Shown: piece by piece, positions 13,433 through 24,957 of the stretch | Numbering within the stretch: position 1 is the first letter of the stretch | Layout: the number at the start of each line of letters is the position of its first letter | Source: Octopus vulgaris | Lineage: Eukaryota | Assembly: GCA_951406725.2 (NCBI GenBank) | Contig: OX597832.1 | Coordinates: forward strand, 41,292,001 to 41,356,000 | DNA length: 64,000 bases | Direction of reading: 5' to 3' | Position numbers and translations under genes: made by a program | The notes under the pieces: model-generated | Told to the model about the DNA's origin: nothing | The model's database searches: none | Seen by the model: only the letters and a program-made list of their open reading frames with translations

Positions 13433-13554
13433 CATATATATATATATATATATATACATACATATATATAATAATAATATTAGGGAGTAAATCCAAACTT
13501 ACAGGGAAAAATTAGATTTAGGATTAATTTTATCTCTAATTTAATATATACATA

Positions 13555-13950
13555 CTAGGAGTATTGCCTGGCGTTGCTCGGGTTTGTAAGGGAAATAACT
13601 ATATAAGCATTTTACAGAGTTATAGCCAAAAATAGCAAAAAAATGCATTAAAAATGGAAAAAAATGATGGTAAATTTTTTTTTAAATCGTTGACTCATCG
13701 TAGACAGTTTTAGAGAGTTACTTCCCTTATATAATAGCGAAAAAAATGCATTAAAATGGAAAAAAATGATGGTAAATTTTTTTTAAAATCGTAGACTCAT
13801 TGTTAATGCGCGCTAATACCCAGAAGGGCTCGATATGAATCATGACTATAAGATACCCGGTTTTGGTTAAACTGCACCGCAAAATGTGGGAGTAGTTAGG
13901 AATCTAAATCGTAGGAGACAGACACACAACTTGACTTTTATATATAAAGA
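13555..13950 (-). mobile_element. Non-autonomous Helitron
   Basis: The minus strand reads A|TCTTTATATATAAAAG at the 5' end and ...cccgagcaacgccagg (subterminal hairpin) caatactcCTAG|T at the 3' end. It is inserted between A and T with no TSD and contains an internal duplication of about 100 bp. Confidence 0.8.
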
Positions 13951-14371
13951 TATATATATATATACATATATACATACATATATATATACATACATATATA
14001 TATACATATATATATATACATACATATATATATATATATATATATCATCATCATCATCATCATCATTTAACGTCCGCTTTCCATGCTAGCATGTGTTGGA
14101 CGGTTCAACTGGGGTCTGGGAAGCCCGAAGGCTGCACCAGGCCAGTCAGATCTGGCGGTGTTTCTACAGCTGGATGCCCTTCCTAACGCCAACCACTCTG
14201 TGAGTGTAGTGAGTGCTTTTTATGTGCCACCGACACAGGTGCCAGACGAGGCTGGTGAACAGCCACGCTCGGATGGTGCTTTTTATGTGCCACCGGCACG
14301 GAGGCCAGGCGAGGCGCTGGCAACGGCCACGATCGGATGGTCTTTGTTACGTATATATGTGTGTATGTATG

Positions 14372-14424
<53 letters not shown>

Positions 14425-14431
14425 GTGTGTG

Positions 14432-14480
<49 letters not shown>

Positions 14481-14791
14481 ACATGTATGCATATAATCAT
14501 CTTCCATGCTTGCATGGGTTGGACAAAAATGTTTTTCAGTGCCTACTGGAATCATAATCCAGACACACCATAAATTGTGCAGACATGCTAAACACTAAGG
14601 CAATTGTCATTTTATTCATTCTTTCACTCATTCATCCATTCATCCATCCATTCATCCATTCATACATACATACATGTTTTGTGTGTGTGTTTGTAATTGC
14701 ACACACAATTACGGAGAAAGAGAGTGAGAAATGGTAAAGTGTAATGCATAAATGAAAATCAGAAGAATTCCTTTTTTTTTCTTTGTTGCAG

Positions 14792-14845
14792 ATTGCAGAA
14801 GAGATGGAAAAAGAAAGAAAAATGTTTCAGTTACAAGCATGTGAA
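14792..14845 (+). CDS. ASAP1: ASAP-family ArfGAP (BAR domain) internal exon
   Basis: Polypyrimidine tract plus ttgcag acceptor and gtaagt donor. It encodes IAEEMEKERKMFQLQACE (human ASAP1 IAEEMEKERRLFQLQMCE). Confidence 0.9.
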
Positions 14846-15529
14846 GTAAGTATCTTTAATGACAGGACGGGCATCAGACTGTAAAGCAATGCTTTAGTAA
14901 TATTTATTCGTCTGACCTTTACTACCACTGCAAAATAGACAATATAATGAACAAAATATCAGAATGAAAATTGTATTTTTACCATTCAGCTGGTCATTAT
15001 ATTTCTTGACCATCCAACACCGACATCAACAGATCAGCTGTCCTCTATTATAATGACCATCACTACTGGCATTTCAACTGATATCCACTTATTGCTAATG
15101 TATATGTAATAAAGCCTTAAAGAGAGAGCCCCAGGATGACCACAGTCCAATGACTGAAACAAGAAAAGGATAAAAGATAGATAGTCCCCAAAAACATTTA
15201 GTCATGGGACCCCTAGGCTAATCCCTGCTTTGATAGTGAAAGTGGGCTTAACTCTAGCATTTAATCCAGCCATTTCTGGTCTAGATATTCTCCTGGTTTT
15301 ATGTTAAAACTGAGCAGATCCAATGTCTCACACCTACCCTACAAGGTCATTCTAAAAATAAACAACCACATCATAGAAATTGTGAAGCTATGAGATAGTG
15401 CATGATTAATTCAAAACAATGTGAATAAATAAGGCTTACATTTGACAAAGAAATCTGAATGTTCAAGAGTTAAAGTTGTATTTGTGTGGCCTATTCTATC
15501 CATATCAGATACCATAAGCATCCACATAA

Positions 15530-16392
15530 ATCTTTGGCATTGCTAGCTTTCCATACTTTGTGATTTTGGCATTGCTAGCTTTCCATACTATGTGATTTTG
15601 GCATTGCTAGCTTTCCATACTATGTGATTTTGGCATTGCTAGCTTTCCTTGCTTTGTGATTTTGGCATTGCTAGCTTTCCATGCTTTGTGATTTTGGCAC
15701 TGCTAGGTTTCCATGCTTTGTGATTTTGGCACTGCTAGCTCTCCATGCTTTGTGATTTTGGCACTGCTAGCTCTCCATGCTTTGTGATTTTGGCACTGAT
15801 GGCTTTCCATGCTTTGTGATTTTGGCACTGCTAACTTTCCATGCTTTGTGATTTTGGCACCGCTGGCTTTCCATGCTTTGTGATTTTGGCACTGCTGGCT
15901 TTCCATGCTTTGTGATTTTGGCACCACTGGCTTTCCATGCTTTGTGATTTTGGCACCGCTGGCTTTCCATGCTTTGTGATTTTGGCACCGCTGGCTTTCC
16001 ATGCTTTGTGATTTTGGCACCGCTGGCTTTCCATGCTTTGTGATTTTGGCACCGCTGGCCTTCCATGCTTTGTGATTTTGGCAACGCTGGCGTTCCATGC
16101 TTTGTGATTTTGGCACCGCTGGCCTTCCATACTTTGTGATTTTGGCACCGCTGGCCTTCCACACTTTGTGATTTTGGCACCGCTGGCTTTCCATACTTTG
16201 TGATTTTGGCACCGCTGGCTTTCCATACTTTGTGATTTTGGCACTGCTGGCTTTCCATACTTTGTGATTTTGGCAATGCTGGCCTTCCATACTTTGTGAT
16301 TTTGGCACCGCTGGCTTTCCATATTTTGTGATTTTGGCACCGCTAGCTTTCCATACTTTGTGATTTTGGCATTGCTAGCTTCCCATACTTTC
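15530..16392. repeat. 32-bp minisatellite, about 27 units (ttttggcaccgctggctttccatgctttgtga)
   Basis: Seen directly, in the intron between the two ASAP exons. It generates the three repetitive minus-strand ORFs at 15703-16340. Confidence 0.95.
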
Positions 16393-16486
16393 TGTTAGTC
16401 TCTCATTTGCAAACTTAAATCTTAAAGACTTATTTTAGCAGATGAATGTTTAAAGTTGTCTAATTTCTTCTTCTGTTTGTTTGCAG

Positions 16487-16572
16487 TATCTAATAAAAGT
16501 CAATGAAATCCGCACAAAGAAAGGAGTCGATCTACTACAACACCTGGTTGAATACTACCAAACTCAAACCAC
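16487..16572 (+). CDS. ASAP1: ASAP-family ArfGAP (BAR domain) internal exon
   Basis: ttgcag acceptor and gtaagt donor, in phase with the previous exon. It encodes YLIKVNEIRTKKGVDLLQHLVEYYQTQT (human YLIKVNEIKTKKGVDLLQNLIKYYHAQ). Confidence 0.9.
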
Positions 16573-16835
16573 GTAAGTCTCAATTTCATTTCCCATCACT
16601 TTGATGGCATGCACTGCTCTCTCACTCAATAATAATAATATTTTTTCCTGATGTACTCCATCAATATAAACATTTTAACAATGAATAAAACTAAATAATT
16701 TTAATTATAACTCCCACTCACACAACCACACACACATTCATTCAAAGCTGAGTGTTCATTTGAACAAGTGCACATAACAGGAAACTCAGAGTAATGACAG
16801 TGTGAATGATCACTTCTAAGATATATATATATATA

Positions 16836-16875
<40 letters not shown>

Positions 16876-16904
16876 AATATATATATATATATCTGTTAAA
16901 ATGT

Positions 16905-17250
16905 TATTGCTGCTGTTGCTGTTGGGCGAATGGTCTTCGTCCCAGAGCTCGCAAGATGAGAGAAGTCCGAAACGTGGTCCTTTGCTATTTGTAAGACCTG
17001 CAAAAGAGAAAGCAGGTCAACCCCTGACACTGAGAGCATCAATGGATGGATGAATGCGCATCCAGGCTCAGCGGTTGCGTAGGAAGTTGGGGACAAGAAA
17101 CAGGAAGAAAGAGTGAGAGAAAGTTGGAGCGAAAGAGTACAACAGGGGTCGCCACCACCCCCTGCCAGAGCCTCGTGGAGCTTTAGGTGTTTTCGCTCAA
17201 TAAATACACACAATGCCCGGTCTGGGAATCGAAACCGCAATCCTCCGACT
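16905..17250 (-). mobile_element. tRNA-derived SINE related to the copy at 31995-32290
   Basis: B box ggtttcgattcccagaccggg followed by tttattgagcgaaaacacctaaagctccacg, which is shared with 32180-32240. Confidence 0.65.
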
Positions 17251-17717
17251 TTTAGGTCTTCCCATGTTTGAAATACATAAGGCATCCTGCAGCACTTTCC
17301 TCTGCTCTTGTCCAACTGTCCTCATGTGTTTCAGGCCTGAAATCTACTTGAATGTGGTCAAAATGTCTTTTGACCAGCCTTTTTGTTTTTTGTATTTCCT
17401 CTTCCAGTCTGCCTAAAATTGCAATTATTGCATAATTTTCAGTTTGAAGAAAAACGTTTTTTCATCACCATTTTAACATTACATATGATGTTACAGTAGA
17501 ATCCTAAACATGGTTATCATATTTAAAAAAAAGAAAAATGTTAGAAATCCTTGATCACAAAAATCTATGAAAATTTTATAGTCGAATAGTTAAGGAGGTT
17601 ACTTTGCAACCATGGGGTTCAGGTTCAGTCCTTGGGCAAGTATCTCCTTCTATACATGTGGACCAACCAATGCCTTGTGAGTGAATTTCATAGATGGAAA
17701 CTGCCTGGAAGCCTGTC

Positions 17718-17750
<33 letters not shown>

Positions 17751-17789
17751 CACATATATATGGCTTCCCTCACCTGTTCTTCCTTCACA

Positions 17790-18475
17790 ACATTTACATG
17801 TTGTTCTCTCAACACTATATGCATGTGAGACTTGGGCCTTGATGAAGAGAGAAGAACAACATCTGCCAACGACACAGAGAGCCATGGAATGGTCAATGTT
17901 GGGAATCTCGCTAAGAGATCACATCTGGAATGAGAAGATCAGGGATAGAACTGGAGTGAAGGACATTGTCACAGAATACCACCACACTACGATGGGTCTG
18001 TCATGTTGCAAGGTCCACAGACAATCAGTGATCCCTATTTCTTTACTACCCACAAGGGGCTAAACATAGAGGGGACAAACAAGGACAGACAAAGGGATTA
18101 AGTCGATTATATCAACTCCGGTACATAACTGGTACTTATTTAATCAACCCCGAAAGGATGAAAGGCAAAGTCGACCTCGGCGGAATTTGAACTCAGAACG
18201 TAACGGCAGACGAAATACTGCTAAGCATTTCGCCCGGCATGCTAATGTTTCTGCCAGCTCACCACCCATGCAGTGATCCTATGCAGTTGTTGAGTGGTAC
18301 CTGCACGAACGAAAGAGACCACCTGGAACACCTCCAATCAGGTGGGAAGATGATTTAAGAAAGATGTTTGGAACAACATGGAGGAGAATGGTGAGAGCAT
18401 GAGGGGAATGGAGCAAATGCCGTGGCCAGTTGGAGTCGACTTGGCACCAGACATCACCTGGCCGATCCAGGTGAT
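17790..18475 (+). mobile_element. RTE-clade LINE 3' fragment interrupted by a family A SINE (18034-18265)
   Basis: Encodes LYACETWAL...TQRAMEWSMLGISLRDHIWNEKIRDRTGVKDI and resumes after the SINE (EWYLHERKRPPG.PPIRWEDDL). The sequence cagtgatcc(c)tat is duplicated on both sides of the SINE. Confidence 0.8.
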
Positions 18476-18617
18476 ATAATTAGAAGTAAAGGAGATTAAA
18501 AATTCCAAGTAGATATCTATAAAGCACCGAGAGTTAAATGAATTTGGTTATCCATATCCAACAAACAGATACCAATAAATGCAAGTGGAATAAACATTCA
18601 AGGTAATTCCTCATGTG

Positions 18618-18651
<34 letters not shown>

Positions 18652-19039
18652 AAAATCAAAATCAAAATCGATCAACATCGATGGAAATTGTAGCTGTGAC
18701 ACCAGTGCTGGTGGCACGTAAGAGAACCATCTGAACGTGGACGTTGCCAGCACCACCCCGACTGGCCTCCGTGCCGGTGGCACGTAAAAAGCACCATCCA
18801 ATCATGGCCGTTTGTCAGCCTCGTCTGGCACCTGTGCCGGTGGCACGTAAAAAGCACCCACTACACTCACGGAGTGGTTGGCGTTAGGAAGGGCATCCAG
18901 CCATAGAAAGACTGCCAGATCAGACTGGAGCCTGGTGCAGCCTTCTGGCTTCCCAGACCCTGGTCGAACCATCCAACCTGTGCTAGCATGGAGAACGGAC
19001 GTTAAACGATGATGATGATATGATATACATATATATATA

Positions 19040-19235
19040 TATACCGGAGTAAGCACATAAATGTGAAACAAGGTGGAAAAAGGAGTACTCAATTACCAGA
19101 AGTAGAGTAATATGCTTTATTTAAAAGCAGCAGAAATATAACAAAAGCTGTTACTCAGAGTTTTCTGTTCCCATTTGTCGGACAGTTTTGTTAACAAAAA
19201 TATAACAAAAACTTGTTATATTTCTGCTTTTAAAT
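19040..19235 (-). mobile_element. Penelope-like pLTR remnant
   Basis: The minus strand reads ctgtccgacaaatgggaacagaaaactctgag (a decayed hammerhead-like core, compare 45386-45418). There is an inverted arm atttaaaagcagcagaaatataacaa / ttgttatatttctgcttttaaat. Confidence 0.4.
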
Positions 19236-20219
19236 AATACATACATACAATAAGTAAGTTAATTGCATTGCAATTAAAAACATTTGTGTATTAAGAATTT
19301 GGGTATTATACCAACAGTATATTGGATAAGTATTATCCCTTAGTGGGCTGGATCCACAACCCCTTACTTGGTGTTATATATATGTAAGTGGACGTTAAAC
19401 GATGATGATGATATATATACACACATATATATAATGTTTGTATATATGTAAGGACTGGGGTTGATTTGTTCGACTAAATCCTTCAAAGTGCTGCTCTAGC
19501 ATGGCCACTGGCAAATGACTGAAACAAGTAAAAGATAATCTAAGAAATTGGTTCCAAATTTTGGCGTAAGAGCAGCAATTTCGAGGGAGTGGGTAAGTCG
19601 ATTACAATGCTTAACCTGTATTTATTTTATCAATCCCGAAAAGATGAAAAGCAAAGTCGACCTTGGCGGAATTTGAACGCAGAACGTAGAGACAGACGGA
19701 ATATCACAAACGAAATTTCAATTGAAGATTGTCTCAGGACGATATGGGGGTGGGGAAAGACGTCGTATGGGGGCTTACTCTTTATATTTGGGCTAGAGGT
19801 AACATTCCTCATGTGGCAAGTCGCTTATGTCCATTGTACATTCTAAATGCTGCACTAGAGTTGGCAGGTTAGTGTATTCGTAGCTGAACAGAATCAAATA
19901 CAGGTAAATTAATTCATCGACGAATAATTAGTCAATAAATGACATTTTCAACCACTGACATTCAAAACGTTCGTAGGGAAGGCAAATTTTGACAACGAAA
20001 TTCTTTTGTCGCTGGCATCCTGTCTCACTGAAGTTCTTGCGGTGCCTACCTTTCTTTCCCAGCACACCTCAGTCTTGCTGCATGTATTTTGGGTTGGCTC
20101 AAAAGTTTTTAGAGGAGAACACCCGTATTCCTTGGCACAGTGTATAATTGAAGGTATGTGCATACTTTTTTTTTTACTAATCTCATTTTTTCGAAAAAAA
20201 TATTTTTATTCTTTCTTTT

Positions 20220-20538
20220 ATTTTTTACCTGTTCCAGTCAATAGACTGCGGTCACGCTGGGGCACTGCCTTGAAGAATGAATCGATTTCAGTGCTTCTTG
20301 TCTTTTTTTGTTTTAAGCTGGTACTTACTCTATCGATATACCAACACTGGTTGTCAGGTGGTGGTGGTGGAAGAAAGACACACACACACATACGATGGGT
20401 TTCTTTCAGTTTCCATCTACCAGATCCACTCACAAGGCTATAGTAGAAGACACTTGCCCAAGGTGTCGCGCAGTGGGATTCAACCTGGAACCATGTGGTT
20501 GGGAAGCAAGCTTCTTACCACACAGCCATACCTGCGCC
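20220..20538 (-). mobile_element. SINE family B
   Basis: gacacttgcccaaggtgtcgcgcagtgggattcaacctggaaccatgtgg...cagccatacctgcgcc. Confidence 0.75.
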
Positions 20539-20667
20539 CTAGAGTAATTTTTTGGGGCGGGGAGATTGCATTTTTAAAAAAGTTTTGTAACTAACAAATT
20601 ATTTGCTTATGTATTTTTGCTTAAAGAAATGTCCTAACAAAACAAGACGAAGAAATTGTCAAATTAA

Positions 20668-21095
20668 AAATACCTATTTCTTTACTACCGACAAGGGGCT
20701 ACATACTACATACAGAGGGGACAAACAAGGACAGACGAACGGATTAAGTCGATTACATCGACCCCAGTGCGTAACTGGTTCTTAATTTATCTACCCTGAA
20801 AGGATGAAAGGCGAAGTCGACCTCGGCGGAATTTGCACTCAGAATGCAGCAGCGGACGAAATACCTATTTCTTTGCTGCCCAGAAGGGGCTAAACACAGA
20901 GCGGACAAACAAGGACAGACATAGGTATTAAGTCGATTACATCGACCCCAGTGCGTAACTGGTACTTAATTTATCGACCTCGAAAGGATGAAAGGCAAAG
21001 TCGACCTCGGCAGAATTTGAACTCACAACGTAACGCAGACGAAATACCACTAAGCATTTCGCCCGGCGTGCTAACGGTTCTGCCAGCTCGCCGCC
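20668..21095 (-). mobile_element. SINE family A, head-to-tail dimer
   Basis: Two bodies joined at gacgaaatacc|tatttcttt (about 20860), with a single head at 21095. Confidence 0.85.
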
Positions 21096-21548
21096 TTTTC
21101 TATCAATTTAACACATACAAGTTAATCTGAGTGAGCATTTGAAACAAGACTGTAAAAACTTCCAAAACTAGTCACTGTAGAAAAAAAAAAAAAAACCCCC
21201 AAAAACCTTTGTCTCCTACATTGATGTGGGGGCTAATGGTACTTGAAGTCAAATACCGTCGTACGTACATACAGAACTACAATATCTAATATGTTATTCC
21301 AATTTTTAAGATAGGAAGGTGTGATATGAGAGATTCTACTGCTATTTTTAGCAGTTTGCGTGATCACGCAGAGGCTGTCTTGTTTGCTCATCGCAAAAAG
21401 TGTGTTGAGATAAATACACGGACTCTCATTCGTATGTATTCAGACCAGGGAAGAAATTAGACCCCGAAAGACCGATTCGTTCGGTTTAGGCCAAACTTTC
21501 AGTAAAAGACCAGGTGTTAAATGTCGGTTTGAACCCAATCAACATCAC

Positions 21549-21561
21549 GTTGCTAAGCAAC
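21549..21561. promoter_or_regulatory. Candidate RFX X-box (GTTGCTAAGCAAC)
   Basis: Palindromic match to the RFX consensus, about 570 bp upstream of the MCTS1 ATG in a CpG-containing unique region. Confidence 0.45.
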
Positions 21562-21729
21562 TTCCTTGCACTTAATAAACCCCAAGTTTTAAGGTTTATG
21601 TTTAAAAACAAAATAATTTAAGACATTTTAAAATATTGACGATATTTTTAAAATATCGGGGAAATCTTTTAAAATTCGACGATAAATGCCGGTTGCTGCG
21701 AGACTGTATGTGTGTTTATGTGTGTAGTA

Positions 21730-21792
<63 letters not shown>

Positions 21793-21909
21793 TGAATATG
21801 GTACTTAAGTTAAAGGCATCAGAATTTGGTATTGTATTATCCATATAAATCAAATGGGGTGATTATAATCAAAATAAGCAACAAGGATATCCTTGTTGCT
21901 TATTTTGTA

Positions 21910-21950
<41 letters not shown>

Positions 21951-22054
21951 CTACACACATAAACATACACACACACACATATATATATAATACTGCACAT
22001 GTACGTTGTTGTTTGGTATTTGCTGCGGACCTGTATACGGGACGAAAGCGACAT

Positions 22055-22070
22055 CCGCTTCCGGAAGTGG
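22055..22070. promoter_or_regulatory. Palindromic double ETS site (CTTCCGGAAG) in the MCTS1 core promoter
   Basis: ccgCTTCCGGAAGtgg lies about 60 bp upstream of the ATG in a CpG-rich patch. GABP/ELK-type sites are typical of housekeeping and bidirectional promoters. Confidence 0.6.
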
Positions 22071-22128
22071 ACCAGCAGCGTGCCGACTCGAAGTGAAACA
22101 GTTTTTGGATTATTAGAGAAAAAAAAAG

Positions 22129-22677
22129 ATGTTTAAAAAGTTCTCCGACAAGGAAATGGTGTCCAGCGTGAACAATGCCAAGTCGTCCGTGCAGAGGACG
22201 ATCCGGCAGAGTGTCCAGGAACAATATCCTTACATTGAATCTGTGCTCAACCAAATTCTTCCCAAAAAAGATGCCCTGAAAGTTGTCAAGTGTCACGAAC
22301 ATATTGAGTTGTTGGCAGCACAAAACGGTGAAATCCTTTTCTTCAAGCAGCGCGAAGGACCCTACATTCCGACGCTGAAGCTCATCCACAAATACCCGTT
22401 TATTCTACCCCCCATGCAGGTGGACAAGGGTGCCATTCGCTTCGTGCTGAGCGGTGCTAACATCATGTGTCCTGGGTTAACCTCGCCGGGTGCCAAGATG
22501 ACCAAAGTTGGTAACAGTTCGATCGTGGTGGTTATGGCCGAGGGCAAGCAGAATGCCCTCGCCATCGGACTCACTAAAATGTCGACCGAGGAGATTCTTC
22601 AGAAAAACAAAGGTATTGGTCTTGAGAATTTACATTATCTAAATGATGGATTATGGAATATGAAACCGGTTAAATAA
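22129..22677 (+). CDS. MCTS1: Malignant T-cell-amplified sequence 1 (MCT-1/Tma20; pre-PUA + PUA translation reinitiation/recycling factor), intronless
   Basis: Complete 182-aa ORF MFKKF...KSSVQRTIR...KCHEHIE...[52 protein letters not shown]...[10 protein letters not shown], colinear with human MCTS1 and free of disabling lesions. Confidence 0.97.
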   Translation: MFKKFSDKEMVSSVNNAKSSVQRTIRQSVQEQYPYIESVLNQILPKKDALKVVKCHEHIELLAAQNGEILFFKQREGPYIPTLKLIHKYPFILPPMQVDKGAIRFVLSGANIMCPGLTSPGAKMTKVGNSSIVVVMAEGKQNALAIGLTKMSTEEILQKNKGIGLENLHYLNDGLWNMKPVK

Positions 22678-23242
22678 GACGAGATGCATCAGAGACAGAT
22701 TTTGAAAACTTTCCTCCCTTTTTTTTTTTGTAATGCCACGGAGACCTTTATTCCAAAGTTGGATCTCTTGGTCATTTCCTTCCTCTCCCCCCCTCCAATT
22801 GCCTTAGTCGCTAACAGAATGTCTGTCTATTCTGGATTTCTCTATTTTAATTTGAATTTACTTTGGATAGTCTCCAAATTTAGACAACTACATGCAGCCT
22901 AAAATGTTCCCTCTTTAACAAACCACCCAGTCACGTCTAGACAGAGATTTTTAATGGGAATCTTTGTCTAACCTTGACAGTCCACAAGAATTGTTCGTCA
23001 AATCTCTATATTTTATAAATGATTCATGTGTATTCTTGTTGACTTTTTTTGAATTTAGTTGTCTAGAGTTTGGATTCTGTTTGTATTTCTGAAATTTCTG
23101 CTGGAATGGTCCTGAAAACAAAAAAATGTTCTCCACTCCTACCCACCTTTATATTTGTTTTTAACAGAAATTACAGCTGTTTTTGGCAGTTTAAACTTGT
23201 TCATTGTTCTAATTTGCCACTCACCACAAAAAATCAAACTTT

Positions 23243-23287
<45 letters not shown>

Positions 23288-24957
23288 GTACGTGTGTGAC
23301 AGTAAGAAGCTATAATAATTTTTCAGTTAGTAAAAAAATTTAGAGGTTCTTCATAATAATATTTTTGCTGACAAAAGTACCATTTAGGAAACTGGCCACC
23401 CCACCACCAAAAAGAAAAAAAAAACACCTATAAAAACCAAAATGGTCATTAATGACTCTTGTTTAATTATTCCTTGGTTGAAGTAAAAAAAACAACAAAA
23501 AACTTAGTAATTTCAAAAGATTTGAAAAAAATACTGTCGTATGTTTTTATTGTCAAAAAAGTTTAAATATTTTATGGTGGGTGTCGAATTTCGGTTAGTA
23601 TATATTGATTGTAAATCGAATACTTCAGGATCCAGAACGTAACTCTCTTTCGATGGGGTTTCGGAACAGCTGACCCTCGAAGTCCCACTTCTCGGCAGGG
23701 AATGAGAAGAGTACAGAAATGTGTGTGGGAGGGGTGGAATTTCCTAAATTTAAGAAAAAAAAAATTGAAAATTTTGAGAGGAATTTTTTTTTTACAGAAT
23801 CGTAATTTCTGTTTTACGAAATAGGAATACGGTAAAACAAAAACAAAACAAAAAACACCCCAACCCTTTTTCATTGCCACCACTTATAGGGACTTCAAGG
23901 TACAGCTATTCCGAAATTCTTCCTCTTTTCCCTCTATCTGCCTAATTAAAAACACTGTATTATTATTATTATCATCAAGCTCTATTCCTTGCCCACACAC
24001 ATTCTGTTTTCTGCTATGGCATCAACACTGGCGTTGTGATGTCTCTACCGCCAAGATTCTTCAAAGTGGATCTGAGGTAGAAACTGGTGAAGTGATACTA
24101 TACTGATGATATTAAGCCAAGTTGTCTGTAATTCTGTGGATTTCCAGAAAACACCCCACAGTTTAAAGCTGACTGCTTAATAAAACAGCATCTTTTGACT
24201 GCAAACAAAACTATATTCTTGCCTCATGTTTGTCTTTGTTGTTTATTTTTCATAAACTTTTGTTTTTTAATGACAACGTATTGCTACAGTTGACTGTGGC
24301 CTAGTGGTTAGGCTGTTTCAGCTCGTGACCATAACGTCATGGGTTCAATTCCTAGACCAGGAATTGTATCCTTGAACAAGGCACTTAATTTTACATTGCT
24401 TCAGTCTCGTCAGCTGAGTGGCGAGTGCAGCTCTCTCTCTTTCTATCCCCACCCCAGCTGCTAGGTATTGGGTGAGGGATCCGAGAAAGCGTCTGTCTTC
24501 TTATGTCTACCTGGGTACCTAAAACAATTAGTGAAAGACCGTGCATACTATACCAAATTATATTTGCTCATGCGTGACTGCTAGCTGTACTTGTACCAAT
24601 GCTACAAAGTCACAGATGTGTAGAGAAATGAGTGTGTGGGTGTGTATTGTAGAATAGATCAATCCTGCATGTGATTGATACTGATTGATTATGGAAAGAT
24701 ACCTCTAGATAGATTTGAACTCAGAACATAACTGAAAACAAGTGTTAGTCTTTGTCTTTGTCATTCTGCTCTCTTTCTGTCATTGCTTGCTTCATTCCTG
24801 ACCACAAGGGTCAGCTGAAAAGTTCGTAGGATGACCAAGATACTCTCATGAAATGTAACCAAATGCTGTATTCTTTTTAACATAGCCCCCCCCCCTTGCA
24901 GTCCACACACCCATTCCATTAATGCATGCAAGATTCCACAGCTCTAACATCATTGCT

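Noticed and set aside
15703-16340. Three 169-201 aa repetitive ORFs (PKSQSME/CQNHK/KITKHG)
   Set aside because: All three frames are open because of a 32-bp tandem unit, and the array is intronic and antisense to the ASAP exons.
21850-22574. Minus-strand ORFs overlapping MCTS1
   Set aside because: They are antisense shadows of the MCTS1 CDS, one running into a microsatellite.
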